Below are positions 9,800-20,056 of a DNA stretch of 64,000 nt, piece by piece. The notes under the pieces are model-generated. The model made no database searches and was not told where the DNA came from. It was given only the letters and a program-made list of their open reading frames with translations. Position 1 is the stretch's first letter, and the number at the start of each line of letters is the position of its first letter. Origin of the DNA: an uncultured Acidobacteriota bacterium. Its GTDB lineage: Bacteria > Acidobacteriota > Vicinamibacteria > Vicinamibacterales > 2-12-FULL-66-21. The position numbers and the translations under genes were made by a program. The stretch is from assembly GCA_963784195.1 (NCBI GenBank), contig CAWARA010000019.1:38088-102087 (forward strand), in the 5' to 3' direction.

Positions 9800-10609
9800 T
9801 CAGCAAGCAAGCAAGTTGGCTAAATGACCGAATTCCTGCAGCGTCAGCGTCTCGGGCCGGCGGACAGGGTCGATGTTGGCGGAAACCAACAAATCCCGGA
9901 CGTTGACACCCCTGCCTTCGGCAAACGGTCGCAAAGAATTGCCGAGGGTCTTCCGCCGTTGCGTGAAGACCGACCGAATCATCCCTGTAAAGACAGCGTC
10001 GTCAACGAGCCGGACGGCCGGCTGCTCGAGGAATCTGAGGCGGATCACCGCCGAATGCACCTTCGGCGGCGGCCGGAAGGCTCCCGGAGGGAGCGACAGC
10101 AGGCGCTGAACGTCCGCCCGGAGCTGGACGAGAACTGAAAGGACTCCGTAATCGCCAGTGCCGGGGCCGGCTTCGATACGGTCCGCCACCTCACGCTGCA
10201 ACATCAGCGTAGCGTCAGTGAAGACGCCGGTTGAACGCTGGACTTCGAGCAGCTTGAAGAGGATCGGCGACGCGACGTTGTAGGGAAGATTCCCGGCCAC
10301 CCGAAGCGGCGCGTCGCTCGGCCAGCGTGCAGCATCCGTTTCAAGAAAGTCCTGACGAATGATGGTGACGTTGGCAGGAACCTGCGGTTCGAGCGCCGAG
10401 GCCATGTCGCGATCGATCTCGACGGCCACGAGGGATTGAACCCGCGGAGCCAGCCGCAACGTCAGCGCGCCCGGACCCGGACCGATCTCCAGGAACCGGT
10501 CGTCAGGCCGGGGATCGATGGCCTTCACCAGCTTGTCCGCCCATGCGGGTTCCAGGAAATGCTGGCCGAAGCGCTTGCGCGCCTGCGGACGCCCCGGTCT
10601 AGATGTCAT
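9800..10609 (-). CDS. rsmA: 16S rRNA dimethyladenosine transferase
   Basis: RKRFGQHFL, LEIGPGPGALT, VAGNLPYN, MLQREVADRI, FRPPPKVHS; ATG at 10609. Confidence 0.96.
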   Translation of the reverse strand: MTSRPGRPQARKRFGQHFLEPAWADKLVKAIDPRPDDRFLEIGPGPGALTLRLAPRVQSLVAVEIDRDMASALEPQVPANVTIIRQDFLETDAARWPSDAPLRVAGNLPYNVASPILFKLLEVQRSTGVFTDATLMLQREVADRIEAGPGTGDYGVLSVLVQLRADVQRLLSLPPGAFRPPPKVHSAVIRLRFLEQPAVRLVDDAVFTGMIRSVFTQRRKTLGNSLRPFAEGRGVNVRDLLVSANIDPVRRPETLTLQEFGHLANLLAC

Positions 10610-10997
10610 CGAGCGACTCGCCGCGCCAGAACTTCTCTTCAATCTCCTCGATCTCTTCCTCGCTCATCCCGAAGTAATGCCCGAACTCGTGGATGATGGT
10701 TTCGGCGATGCAGTCGCGAATCTCGTCGTCGTCCTCGCACGCTTCCTCGATCGGCCCCTGATAGATCGAAATGCGATCGGGCAGGGCATTGCCGTAGCCC
10801 CATCCCCGGTCCGGCAAAGGCGTGCCCTGATAGAGCCCGAACAGCGTCTCGCCAGGGTCGGCCTCGACGTCATCGAGCACGTCCGGCGGAGGCTCATCCT
10901 CCACGACGACGGCCACGTTACGCATCTCGCGGCGGAACCGTGCGGGGATTTCACGGAGGGCTTCTTCGACGAGCTCGGTGAACTGTTCGCGGGTCAT
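10599..10997 (-). CDS. Zincin-like metallopeptidase family protein
   Basis: LFGLYQGTPL, PDRISIYQGPI, HEFGHYFG (HExxH). Confidence 0.9.
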   Translation of the reverse strand: MTREQFTELVEEALREIPARFRREMRNVAVVVEDEPPPDVLDDVEADPGETLFGLYQGTPLPDRGWGYGNALPDRISIYQGPIEEACEDDDEIRDCIAETIIHEFGHYFGMSEEEIEEIEEKFWRGESLDDI

Positions 10998-11941
10998 TTT
11001 TGGGTTTGCCGCGGGGCCCCGCCCCCGCGATTGCCTGCGGCTTTGCCGCTCGCCGTACTCGGGGAGCGATCCGCTTTCAGATCGGCTCTGTCCTGCGGCC
11101 CCACTGCCGCGACCGTGCCTCGCGGCTTTGGCGCTCGGCGTACTTCGGGGAGCGATCCGCTTTCAGATCGGCTCTGTCCTGCGGCCCCGCTGCCGCGACC
11201 TGTGCCTCGCGGCTTTGCCGCTCGGCGATCGGTGCTTCGAGGCTTTGGTGGGCGGCGCACGGAAGCGCGTTGTGTGGCCTCGTAGAAGTTGCAGTCGGTT
11301 CGGACAATGCAGCGGTCGCAGAGGGGGCGGGGCTTGCAGATGCGGCGGCCGTGCAGGATCAGCGTGTCGGAGGCTTGTGTCCACTCGGCGGGGGGGACTG
11401 CCGCATTCAGTTGTTGTTCGACGATCACGGGATCGTCGGACCTGGCGATGCCGATCCGATTGGAGACTCGCAGCACATGGCGATCGACCGGCAGGCCTGG
11501 CACGCCGAGGGCGTGACCGAGGACGACGTTGGCGGTCTTGCGGCCGACGCCTGGCAGGGCGGTGAGTTCATCCATCGTCTTTGGGATCTCGCCGGCGTGG
11601 TGCTCGACGACCTCGGTGGACATGCCGATGAGCGATCGGGACTTGGCGCGGAAGAAACCGGTCGACTGGATCTGCGGCTCGAGCTCGTCAGTCGTCGCGT
11701 TGGCTAGCGCTCGTGCATCGGGGTATCGGCGGAACAGCGTGGGCGTGACCTGATTGACGCGCTCGTCTGTGCACTGCGCGGAAAGGATCGTCGCGACGAG
11801 CAACTCGTAGGGGTTCGAGTAGTGCAGCTCGGTGTCGGCATTCGGGTGCTGAGTGAACAGCTGGTGGAGAATCCGGCGGGCGACGGCGGGCGGTTTGGAT
11901 GGCTTCGGTATCGCGCGTCGCGCGGCAGGCCGTTTCGGCAT
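10994..11941 (-). CDS. nth: Endonuclease III with a repeat-derived C-terminal extension
   Basis: LLVATILSAQCTDERVN, LPGVGRKTANVVL, VDRHV, 4Fe-4S motif C-KPRPL-C-DR-C-IVRTD-C; ATG at 11941. Confidence 0.95.
   Translation of the reverse strand: MPKRPAARRAIPKPSKPPAVARRILHQLFTQHPNADTELHYSNPYELLVATILSAQCTDERVNQVTPTLFRRYPDARALANATTDELEPQIQSTGFFRAKSRSLIGMSTEVVEHHAGEIPKTMDELTALPGVGRKTANVVLGHALGVPGLPVDRHVLRVSNRIGIARSDDPVIVEQQLNAAVPPAEWTQASDTLILHGRRICKPRPLCDRCIVRTDCNFYEATQRASVRRPPKPRSTDRRAAKPRGTGRGSGAAGQSRSESGSLPEVRRAPKPRGTVAAVGPQDRADLKADRSPSTASGKAAGNRGGGAPRQTQK
11037..11227. repeat. Tandem ~86 bp duplication in the nth tail
   Basis: Units start at 11037, 11122 and 11209 (partial); both full units contain GGGGAGCGATCCGCTTTCAGATCGGCTCTGTCCTGCGGCCCC. 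Confidence 0.85.
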
Positions 11942-11977
11942 GTGCCGATTGTAGTTGGTGTTTGAGGTGGGCGTGGC

Positions 11978-12290
11978 GACGGAGGTTACGGAGGGAACGG
12001 AACGAGCTTCAACTCGGAGACGCGGAGCAACGGAGACCACGCAGGTGGTGCCGGTGGCCGATGCCGCCGCGCGATGCGCGGCGGGCGATCGACCGAGGCC
12101 CCACGGACGCAAGCCGCGTTCAGAGTTGGATAGAGGCGGCTTGTGTCCGTGGGGCCTCGGTCGATCGCCGGCCCGGCCGATGGCCGGGCCGCCATCGGCT
12201 CGGAACGCCAGTTGAGGGTGAACTCTGTTAGACTCCGTTCCTCCGTTTCTCCGAGTTGAAGCTCGTTCCGTTCCCTCCGTAACCTCCGTC
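11978..12290. mobile_element. Nested palindromic (MITE-like) element, copy 2
   Basis: 58-bp terminal IR (first 43 bp perfect) enclosing a cruciform core. Confidence 0.85.
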
Positions 12291-12305
12291 AGCTGCCGCG
12301 CGCGT

Positions 12306-13200
12306 TCACCGGCTTGCGGTCGTCGGCAGCCTGGTGCCCTTCGCAGGAACAGCGGTCAGCAGAGCAATCAAGGCCTTGCTGTTGGCTTTCAGCCTCGACG
12401 TGCCGACGACGACCGTCTCGCCAACGTCCATCGAGAACGACGTGTCGATCACCAGCCGGCCGCGCGACGAGTCCTTGCTCTGATACCTCATCGCCGACTG
12501 TGATCGCTGCCGTCGCTCCATCGCTTCAAGCTGCGACTTGAGCTCCTTCGCGACATCCTCCTGATTGGCGCGTCGCGCTTCTGTCAGCTTTTGCCGCGTG
12601 GCCAAGATCTCGCGTTCCATCTTTTCGGTTTCTCGTTGCCGCTCGGCCACGGAGGCCATTTCTGCCACCGCATACTCGGATACGCCAGCGTCCCTCAATG
12701 TGAAGCGGACCGACACGCGCACGCCTTCGCCGCGGCTCGTCGCCAGGTTCACCTCGTAGTCCTGCTCTTCGGGACCGCGCAGGCGCGTCGTGGTATTGCC
12801 GGTACTCTGCCCGAGAATCCAGGCCGCATCGACCAGCTTGTAGGACTTGTAAGGCAGGAACTCCTTCATGTCCGTCAGCGCCCGCCGTGCCGCCGGGGGC
12901 ACGTCGTCGGGCGCCGTAGCGGCCTGCAGGTCGGCGACCACGAGCACCACGCTGAACCCCTGCGGCGCGCGAAAGGCGTCACGGCTCTGCGCGGGCGGCG
13001 CAGGCTGCGGGGTAGGCTGGCCGCGGTGTCTGCGCGGACGGCGGCTGCGTGCGCGGCGTCTGCACTGCTGGCACCGAACTACGCGGCGCCTGCGCTGGCG
13101 GCGCGGACGTCGGTGGCGCTTGTTGCGCCCGCACACCGATTCCGCTGGCCAGCGCCACGGCCGCCGCGATGGCCGAGACGTGTCGAACGCCGCACGTCAT
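12306..13200 (-). CDS. Secreted hypothetical protein (one frameshift near 13000-13030)
   Basis: ATG 13200 overlaps the upstream stop (ATGA); signal peptide MTCGVRHVSAIAAAVALASG continues in another frame into FSVVLVVADL..GETVVVGTS. Confidence 0.7.
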
Positions 13201-13556
13201 GGAAGGGTCTCCTTGATAGTGAACTCCGGATCGAATACCCAGATGATCCGGGTTCCGCCAGGTGTCGAGAATTGCAGTTGCCGGCGATGCTCGGTTGGCG
13301 CGGTTCGAATAGTCTCTGGCTGTGGCCTTACGTTTTCCACGTCGATCGTCCACTTGCGGCCGGCCACAATGCCCGCCGCAACCATCAAGGCCACCATCGT
13401 TGCCATCGCCAGCGGTTGATGCCAGGGAGTCCGCACAACGTCGGGCCGTCGCGACGCATCGACCACGGTGCGACGCATCGCGTCCACCTGCATCGTCGAC
13501 AGCTCGGAATCGGCCGCCGGATCGGCTTCGCGCAGGATGTCAGCAAGGTTTTTCAT
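13197..13556 (-). CDS. Putative membrane anti-sigma factor
   Basis: Directly downstream of an ECF sigma, one TM segment, C-terminal QLQFSTPGGTRIIW. Confidence 0.65.
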   Translation of the reverse strand: MKNLADILREADPAADSELSTMQVDAMRRTVVDASRRPDVVRTPWHQPLAMATMVALMVAAGIVAGRKWTIDVENVRPQPETIRTAPTEHRRQLQFSTPGGTRIIWVFDPEFTIKETLP

Positions 13557-14142
13557 TGTGCCTCCTGCTTTCCAGGATCTTCGCCATCTCCCTCCGGCCG
13601 ATCGACAGATGCCACCTCACCGTCACCGCACTGACGCCGAGGAGCTTCGCAATCGAAGGTATCGGCATGCCCTCGAGCTCGTACATCACGAGGATGGCGC
13701 GCCGTTTCGGAACGAGTTGCCCCAGCGCCTGCTGCACGAGAGAGCGCGCGATCAGCGCCGGCTCCGGATCGGAGGACTGGTACGGCCCATCGAGCTCGCC
13801 GCTCAACGCGCCATTCCGCTGCACAGCCAGCCGCCGCCAGCGGTCGCGGCAGATGTTAATGAGTACACGCACCAACCAGGCTTCTTCGTTGGGCGTCCCG
13901 TTCGGCACCGAGGCAGGCGAGCGCGCGGCGCGCAGGAAGGTTTCCTGGACGACATCCCGTGCGTCTTCGCTGCTCCCGCTCAGCCGTCTGGCCAGCCGGA
14001 AGAGCCTCTGGTGATGAGTATCGAACAGCGTCCCCAGACGCCTGGAAAAGTCCTCGGCGGCCCCATCCGCTGCCGCAGGCATCGCGATAGCCTGTCCGGT
14101 CATACGTCTGCTAAACGCCGCAAGCCCCGGGATTGTTGGCAT
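13540..14142 (-). CDS. ECF RNA polymerase sigma factor
   Basis: Region 2 (ARDVVQETFLRA, AWLVRVLINICRD) and region 4 (IAKLLGVSAVTVRWHL); start may be 14103. Confidence 0.9.
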   Translation of the reverse strand: MPTIPGLAAFSRRMTGQAIAMPAAADGAAEDFSRRLGTLFDTHHQRLFRLARRLSGSSEDARDVVQETFLRAARSPASVPNGTPNEEAWLVRVLINICRDRWRRLAVQRNGALSGELDGPYQSSDPEPALIARSLVQQALGQLVPKRRAILVMYELEGMPIPSIAKLLGVSAVTVRWHLSIGRREMAKILESRRHNEKPC

Positions 14143-14171
14143 AATTCGTTCGCGCGCCCCGCGAAACAGGG

Positions 14172-14483
14172 TTAATGCACCGGCCCCTTGTCCCAGCTGG
14201 CGCCGGTCGATTCCGAGATAATTCTCATATGTTCCTGAAGCGCGGCAATCAGGTTGGGCACCACCTGGAGCGGTACCGCGATTTTCGCCCGGACGGGTGC
14301 CCGCACGACGTGCTCCGACTCAGCGACGTGAATATCTTTCTCGGAAAGCGGAAGGACCTCGCAGAACGACAGCGTGAAGTCGAATGGAGTATGGGAGATC
14401 GCGCAGAAGTTTGCGTAAATCCGGGGCACATCGCCAGAGTCGTCCGGGGCGATGGTGAAATTGATCTGTTTGCGCTCGTTCAT
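14172..14483 (-). CDS. DUF3467-like protein
   Basis: IYANFCAISHTPFDFTLSF pattern; ATG at 14483, 7 nt after TAGAAT. Confidence 0.75.
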   Translation of the reverse strand: MNERKQINFTIAPDDSGDVPRIYANFCAISHTPFDFTLSFCEVLPLSEKDIHVAESEHVVRAPVRAKIAVPLQVVPNLIAALQEHMRIISESTGASWDKGPVH

Positions 14484-14509
14484 GGAGCGCATTCTACAGA
14501 AAAAGGCCG

Positions 14510-15115
14510 CTAGTACCGCCGCATCACGCCGACAACGACTCCCTGAATCTGCACCTGATCGGCGGGCACGACGATCGGCTGGATGGTGGGGTTGGCGGGC
14601 TGCAGCCGCACCCGGCCCTGTTCCCGATAGAGTTTCTTGAGCGTGACGTCCGAGCCATTCAGCAGCGCGATGACCATCTCGCCGTTGTCCGCCGTCCGGC
14701 GATCCTCGACGATCACGTAGTCGCCGTCGCGAATGTGCTCTTCAATCATCGAGTCGCCCTTGACGCGCAGCACGTAGCTGTCGCGCTTGCCGACGAGCGC
14801 TTCGGGCACGGCCAGCGACTCGCTGCCGACAACCGCCTCGATTGGCGAGCCGGCCGCGACGTAGCCCAGCATCGGCAGCTCGACCGCGCGAGCACCCAGA
14901 CGCGTCGAGACGAGCTCGACCGATCGGCTTCGATTCCAGGCGCGTTTGATGAAGCCTTTTTCCTCGAGGTTGGTCAGGTGCTTGTGCACCGTGGCCAGCG
15001 ACGACAGGTTGAAGCGGCGGCCGATCTCTTCCAGGCTCGGAGCGTAGCCGTGCTGCTGGATGAAATCGTTGAGGAAATCCAGGATCTCCCGCTGACGTTT
15101 CGTAAGTGGCAGCAT
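14510..15115 (-). CDS. lexA: SOS repressor LexA
   Basis: LTKRQREIL, GYAPSLEEIG, VAAG cleavage site, GDSM (Ser), VTLKK (Lys). Confidence 0.97.
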   Translation of the reverse strand: MLPLTKRQREILDFLNDFIQQHGYAPSLEEIGRRFNLSSLATVHKHLTNLEEKGFIKRAWNRSRSVELVSTRLGARAVELPMLGYVAAGSPIEAVVGSESLAVPEALVGKRDSYVLRVKGDSMIEEHIRDGDYVIVEDRRTADNGEMVIALLNGSDVTLKKLYREQGRVRLQPANPTIQPIVVPADQVQIQGVVVGVMRRY

Positions 15116-15124
15116 GATGCGCGC

Positions 15125-15153
15125 ACTATACGCAAAGGAAAAGCGAAAGTCAA
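15125..15153 (-). promoter_or_regulatory. Sigma70-type promoter of lexA
   Basis: TTGACT - 17 bp - TATAGT, ending 9 nt upstream of the ATG. Confidence 0.75.
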
Positions 15154-15301
15154 ACGCGGATCACGCACGGGACGCGCATCACGCACGGGACGCAGATCCT
15201 CGCGGATCCCGCGGGAATGGCTGAGGTCCGTTTAACATTCACTCGGGCAACCGGGTCTAACCCGATGAGAGCCGACGGGTTGCGATGGAAAACGGCATGC
15301 T

Positions 15302-15937
15302 GTGCGGATCGAGATGCTGAGCCGGGTCTGGACTGGTGTCGTGACGCCTGACTGGAAACTGCGCGTTAGCGGCACCGGCAATCAGACGGCTGCGGACCCG
15401 ATGTGGGCCTCGGCAGAGGACCGTGACCTCGTCACGGCGACTCTTGCGGGTCAACGGGAAGCGTTCGACGTAATCGTCGAGCGCCATCGCCGTCAGATCT
15501 ATCAGCTTTGCTTCCGCTTCGTCGGCAATCACGAGGACGCAAGCGATCTCGCCCAGGACGTTTTCGTGCGCGCCTATCGGGGACTGCGCGGATTCAAGGG
15601 AAACGCGTCGTTTTCAACGTGGCTGTACCGTATCGGCGTCAATGTCTGCTTGAATCGGGTGTCGCTCAAGCGACCCCGAATCGAAGCGATTGACGAACGA
15701 AAGCTGCCCGAGAGTTCGTCGGAGCGGCCCGACGTTGCGGTGATGCGGCAGGAGCGCGCGCTCGAAGTGCGTGCGGCGATCGCCAAGCTGCCGCCGAAAC
15801 AGCGCGCGACGCTGATTTTGCGGATCTATCACGAGCTGCCGCACGAGGAGATTGCCGGCGTGCTCGGAAGTTCGGTGGGCGCGGTGAAAGCAAACTTCTT
15901 TCACGCGCTGGCGAATCTGAAGAAGCTATTGCGATGA
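15302..15937 (+). CDS. ECF RNA polymerase sigma factor
   Basis: DASDLAQDVFVRAY, FSTWLYRIGVN, EEIAGVLGSSVGAVK; start uncertain. Confidence 0.92.
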   Translation: MRIEMLSRVWTGVVTPDWKLRVSGTGNQTAADPMWASAEDRDLVTATLAGQREAFDVIVERHRRQIYQLCFRFVGNHEDASDLAQDVFVRAYRGLRGFKGNASFSTWLYRIGVNVCLNRVSLKRPRIEAIDERKLPESSSERPDVAVMRQERALEVRAAIAKLPPKQRATLILRIYHELPHEEIAGVLGSSVGAVKANFFHALANLKKLLR

Positions 15938-16548
15938 CGCATCTCTCGGAATCGGAGCTCCTCGACGCGGCGGAAGCCCGGCTGTCTGCTGAGCGGCAGC
16001 GCCACGCTGAGACTTGTGCAGCGTGCGCTCGGCAGGTCGAGGATCTGCGTGACGTGCTGGCGCGAACGGTTCGCGCAGACGTGCCGGAACCGTCTCCGCT
16101 GTTCTGGGATCATTTCTCCGCCCGCGTCCGCGACGAGATCGCGAACGAGACTCCCGGCCGTTGGGGATGGACCTCGGGCCTGCGGCCATGGCCTGTGGCT
16201 GCGGCTGCGGCCGTGGTGGTCGCGTTGCTCGTGGCAAGCAGTGTTTTTCGTGCACCCTCGAACCAGCCGACAGCCGGGACAGATCGACAAGAGGTCGCGG
16301 ACGCACGCCCGCCGGCCGTCGCTCCCGTTGACGCCGACGCCGACCCGAACGATGTCGATGTCGAGGTCGACGAGGCCTGGGCCGTCGTCCGCTCGGTGGC
16401 AGACGACGTGGTGTGGGATGACGTGACGGACGCCGGCATCAGCGCGCGTCCGGGATCGGCTGATCGAGCGATCCAGACACTGTCGGCAGCCGAACGGACC
16501 GAGCTCGCCGCGCTCATCGCTGAGGAGTTGAAACGCTCCGGTGCGTAA
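15934..16548 (+). CDS. Putative anti-sigma factor (zinc-finger-like HxxxCxxC plus TM)
   Basis: HAETCAAC motif, one TM helix, translationally coupled to the ECF sigma. Confidence 0.75.
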   Translation: MTHLSESELLDAAEARLSAERQRHAETCAACARQVEDLRDVLARTVRADVPEPSPLFWDHFSARVRDEIANETPGRWGWTSGLRPWPVAAAAAVVVALLVASSVFRAPSNQPTAGTDRQEVADARPPAVAPVDADADPNDVDVEVDEAWAVVRSVADDVVWDDVTDAGISARPGSADRAIQTLSAAERTELAALIAEELKRSGA

Positions 16549-17128
16549 GGCAGACATGAGAGTCATGATTCAACGCGCGATCGTCATCAGCATCGTGGTA
16601 GTCCTCGCGACCGCGGCCACGGTGCGCGCGGAGCAGGGGAAAGAACCGCCCGCGAAGGGCGGCACCGCGCAGACCGAGGCCGATACCGCTGACGTCTTCA
16701 ACACGTTGCGCGCGACCAACGAGCTGATCGGTATGCTCGACGCGTACGCGACGATCCAGGCGCAGCAGGCACTGCAGCTGGGCGACGAGCAGTATGGCCG
16801 GTTCATTCCGCTGTTGAAGAAACTGCAAGAGACGCGGCGGCGGAATCAGCAGGCCCGCAACCGGATGATTGGCGAGTTGAGGCGGCTGGCAGGCCCGAGG
16901 GCAGCCGCGCCGGCAGACGAGGGAGTGATCGCCGAAAAGCTGAAGGCGTTACGCGAGCACGACGAGCGTGCGGCCGCCGAGATCCGCGCCGCCGTCGGGG
17001 CGATCGACGAGATTCTCACACCGCAGCAACAGGCCCGATTCCGCATCTTCGAAGAGCACATCGAAAACCGGAAGCTCGATCTCCTCCTGCGCGCGCGAGC
17101 CCGGGCCGGCCGTCAGGGCCGCCTGTAG
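16541..17128 (+). CDS. Periplasmic helical protein (Spy/CpxP-like)
   Basis: Signal peptide, helical body, C-terminal ILTPQQQARF (LTxxQ). Confidence 0.65.
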   Translation: MRKADMRVMIQRAIVISIVVVLATAATVRAEQGKEPPAKGGTAQTEADTADVFNTLRATNELIGMLDAYATIQAQQALQLGDEQYGRFIPLLKKLQETRRRNQQARNRMIGELRRLAGPRAAAPADEGVIAEKLKALREHDERAAAEIRAAVGAIDEILTPQQQARFRIFEEHIENRKLDLLLRARARAGRQGRL

Positions 17129-17148
17129 GCCCGACCTTCAGGTCGGGC
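17125..17148 (+). repeat. GTAG REP-like palindrome (family A)
   Basis: GTAGGCCCGACCTTCAGGTCGGGC, overlapping a TAG stop codon. Confidence 0.85.
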
Positions 17149-17210
17149 ATGCCTCAAACCAGCAATGTCGGGCGTGTCCACAAACCACGACCACCGTTGT
17201 ACAATTACTC

Positions 17211-17816
17211 ATGCAATCAGGGCTTCGTCTCGCCGTCGCTGCGACACTCTGCGCGGCTGCCGTCGCCCCCGCCGTGGGCTGGCAGCGCTTTAGCAAACAG
17301 GATGCGGACCGTTTCCAAACCAAGCTCGTCCGCATCGTGGACCTCGGGAACGGCGGCCGCCGCAGCGCGAAGGCCGAAACGACCCGTTTGACGGATACCG
17401 AAGTCACCTCCTACCTCCGCTACAACGCCAGCGGCCAGGTTCCCGTCGGGATCGTCGAGCCGACGCTCACGGCGCTGGGCGACGGTCGTGTCGGCGGCCA
17501 GGCGATCGTGGATCTGGATGCGGTGCGCAAGCAGAAGGAGCGTGGCTGGATGGATCCGCTGGCGTACCTCAGCGGGCGCATGCCGCTCACCGCGAGAGGC
17601 AAACTGATCACCCAGGGCGGCGTGGGACGCTTCCAGCTGGAGTCGGCGGAGGTGTCCGGCGTCAGCATCCCCAAGACCGTTCTGCAGGAGCTGCTCTCGT
17701 ACTACTCCAAAACACCCGAGAATCCGAACGGCATCAACATGGACGACCCATTCGATCTGCCGTCGAAGATTCGCGAGATCCAGGTAGGGAAGGGGGAGGC
17801 GGTCGTCGTCCAGTGA
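17211..17816 (+). CDS. Secreted hypothetical protein
   Basis: ATG 17211, 5 nt after TACAAT; signal peptide; abuts recG. Confidence 0.7.
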   Translation: MQSGLRLAVAATLCAAAVAPAVGWQRFSKQDADRFQTKLVRIVDLGNGGRRSAKAETTRLTDTEVTSYLRYNASGQVPVGIVEPTLTALGDGRVGGQAIVDLDAVRKQKERGWMDPLAYLSGRMPLTARGKLITQGGVGRFQLESAEVSGVSIPKTVLQELLSYYSKTPENPNGINMDDPFDLPSKIREIQVGKGEAVVVQ

Positions 17817-19935
17817 ATGGACCCGCTTCAGAGTCCACTTCAGTACCTCAAAGGTGTCGGCCCCCGGCGCGCCGCTGACCTTCAGCGCGTCGGCCTGCAT
17901 ACGATCGAAGATCTGCTGTATCGGTTCCCGATCCGCTACGAGGACCGCGGCACATTTCAAACGATCGCCTCGTTGAAGCCCGGCGTCGCCGCATCGGTGA
18001 TCGGCGAAGTCGTCAGCGCCGGCATCCGCCCCACCCGCAGGCCCCGGTTCAAGATTTTCGAAATGCTCGTGCGCGACAAGTCGGGATCGTTGCGTGCGAT
18101 CTGGTTCAATCAGCCGTTCTTGAAGGACGTCTTCCGGCCGCATCAGCGCGTCATCCTGTACGGACGGCTGGAACTGACGTCACACGGCCTGCAGCTCCAG
18201 AACCCCCAATACGAAATCCTGCCGCAGGAAAGCGACGCGCCTGACGAGAGCGGTGAGCCGCCTGAAGACGAAACGCTGCATACCGGCCGCATCATTCCAA
18301 TCTACGAGAAGACCGGGACCCTCACGACGAAGATGCAGCGAGTGCTCGTGCATCACGCGCTCGCGCAACTCCCGGCGCAACTCCTCGATCCGTTGCCTGA
18401 CGACGTTCGCCGCCGGGCGCAGCTGATCGACCGGCGAACCGCGCTGTCGGATGTGCACTTTCCTCCCGAGGGCACGAACCTCGAAGACCTGAACCAGTTT
18501 CGCTCGCCTGCACAGCGGCGGCTGATCTTCGAGGAGTTCTTCCTGTTTCAACTCGGCCTGGTGCTGAGGAAACGCCGCGCCGAAGCGGAGAAGAAACCTC
18601 GCTCGGTGGTAATCACCGACGAGGTCAGGGAGGCTGCTCGCCGGGTGCTGCCGTTCCGCCTCACCGGCGATCAAAAGAAAGTGATTGCCGAGATCGTCGA
18701 GGACATGAAGCGCCCGCACCCGATGAACCGCCTGCTGCAGGGTGACGTCGGATCGGGGAAGACGATCGTCGCGTTGATGGCGGCGCTCGTGGCGATGGAG
18801 AACAACTTCCAGGTCGCGTTCATGGCGCCGACGGAAATCCTGGCCGAACAGCACTTCATCACCATCCGCAGGCTGCTGGAGTCATCCAGGTTTCGCATGA
18901 CCTTGCTGACCGGGGCGACGCCGGCGAAGAAGCGGCGCGAGCTCCAGGCGGAGCTTGCTGGCGGTTCGATCCACCTCGTGGTCGGCACGCACGCGCTCGT
19001 CGAGAATCCCGTCGCGTTTCGCGAGCTCGGCCTCGCGATCATCGACGAACAGCATCGCTTCGGCGTGATGCAGCGGGCCGCGCTTCGAGCCAAGGGCATG
19101 CACCCGGACGTTCTCGTGATGACGGCCACGCCGATTCCGAGGACGCTGGCGTTGACGACGTACGGCGATCTCGACGTCTCGGTGATGCGCGAGATGCCGC
19201 CAGGCCGTCACCCCATCAAGACGATCGCCAAGCCTGAAGCGCGGCGCGACGAGATCTACGACTTCGTCCGGCAGCAGCTGGATGCGGGCCGGCAGGCCTA
19301 CGTCATCTACCCGCTCGTCGAGGAGTCCGCCAAGGTCGACCTCCGGGCCGCAACCGAGATGGCGGATCATCTCGCCCAGGACATCTTCCCGGCCTATCGC
19401 GTGTCCCTCCTGCACGGGCGGATGACGCAGGAGGCGAAAGACCGCGCGATGCAAGCCTTTGCGCATGGCGAGGTCCAGATCCTCGTATCGACGACCGTCG
19501 TCGAGGTCGGTGTCGATGTGCCGAATGCGGCGGTGATGGTGGTCGAGCACGCCGAGCGTTTCGGCCTGTCGCAGCTGCATCAGTTGCGCGGCCGCGTCGG
19601 ACGCGGCGCGCATCAGTCGGTACTGCGTGCTGCTCTATCAGGCGCCGCTGACCGATCACGGGCGCGAACGCCTGAAGGCGCTGACCGAAACCACCGACGG
19701 CTTCGTGATCGCCGAGCGAGACCTGGCGCTTCGCGGGCCAGGGGACTTCTTCGGCACGCGTCAGTCCGGCATGCCCACGCTCAGGGTCGGCGACCTGCTG
19801 AGGGATCACCGGCTGATGGAAGATGCGCGGCGCGAAGCGGTCGCCGCGCTCGACGACGTCCGCGCGTCGGAGCCGCTCGTCGCATTTGTTCGATCGAGCT
19901 GGGAGCAGCGGTTTGGGTTGGTGGGGGTTGGTTGA
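17817..19935 (+). CDS. recG: ATP-dependent DNA helicase RecG (frameshift near 19620)
   Basis: [39 protein letters not shown]; C-terminus ([24 protein letters not shown]) is in the 19627-19935 frame. Confidence 0.95.
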
Positions 19936-19936
19936 T

Positions 19937-20053
19937 AATCGGAAATCGGAAATCGGCAATCGGAGATCGGGCAATCGGGGAATCTGGCAGATCGGCAGTC
20001 TGATGACGTCCGATTTCCGATTTCCGATTGCCGATTTCCGATTTCCGATTGCC
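19937..20053. repeat. Inverted heptamer tandem repeat (AATCGGA / TCCGATT)
   Basis: AATCGGAAATCGGAAATCGGCAATCGG... then TCCGATTTCCGATTTCCGATTGCCGATT..., between recG and rsmD. Confidence 0.9.
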
Positions 20054-20056
20054 CAT

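Noticed and set aside
9191-9906. ORFs spanning the palindromic elements (also 11899-12231 and 39133-39759)
   Set aside because: They are translations of repeat DNA (the ELKLVPF / TERASTQRR patterns recur in each copy) with no independent coding evidence.
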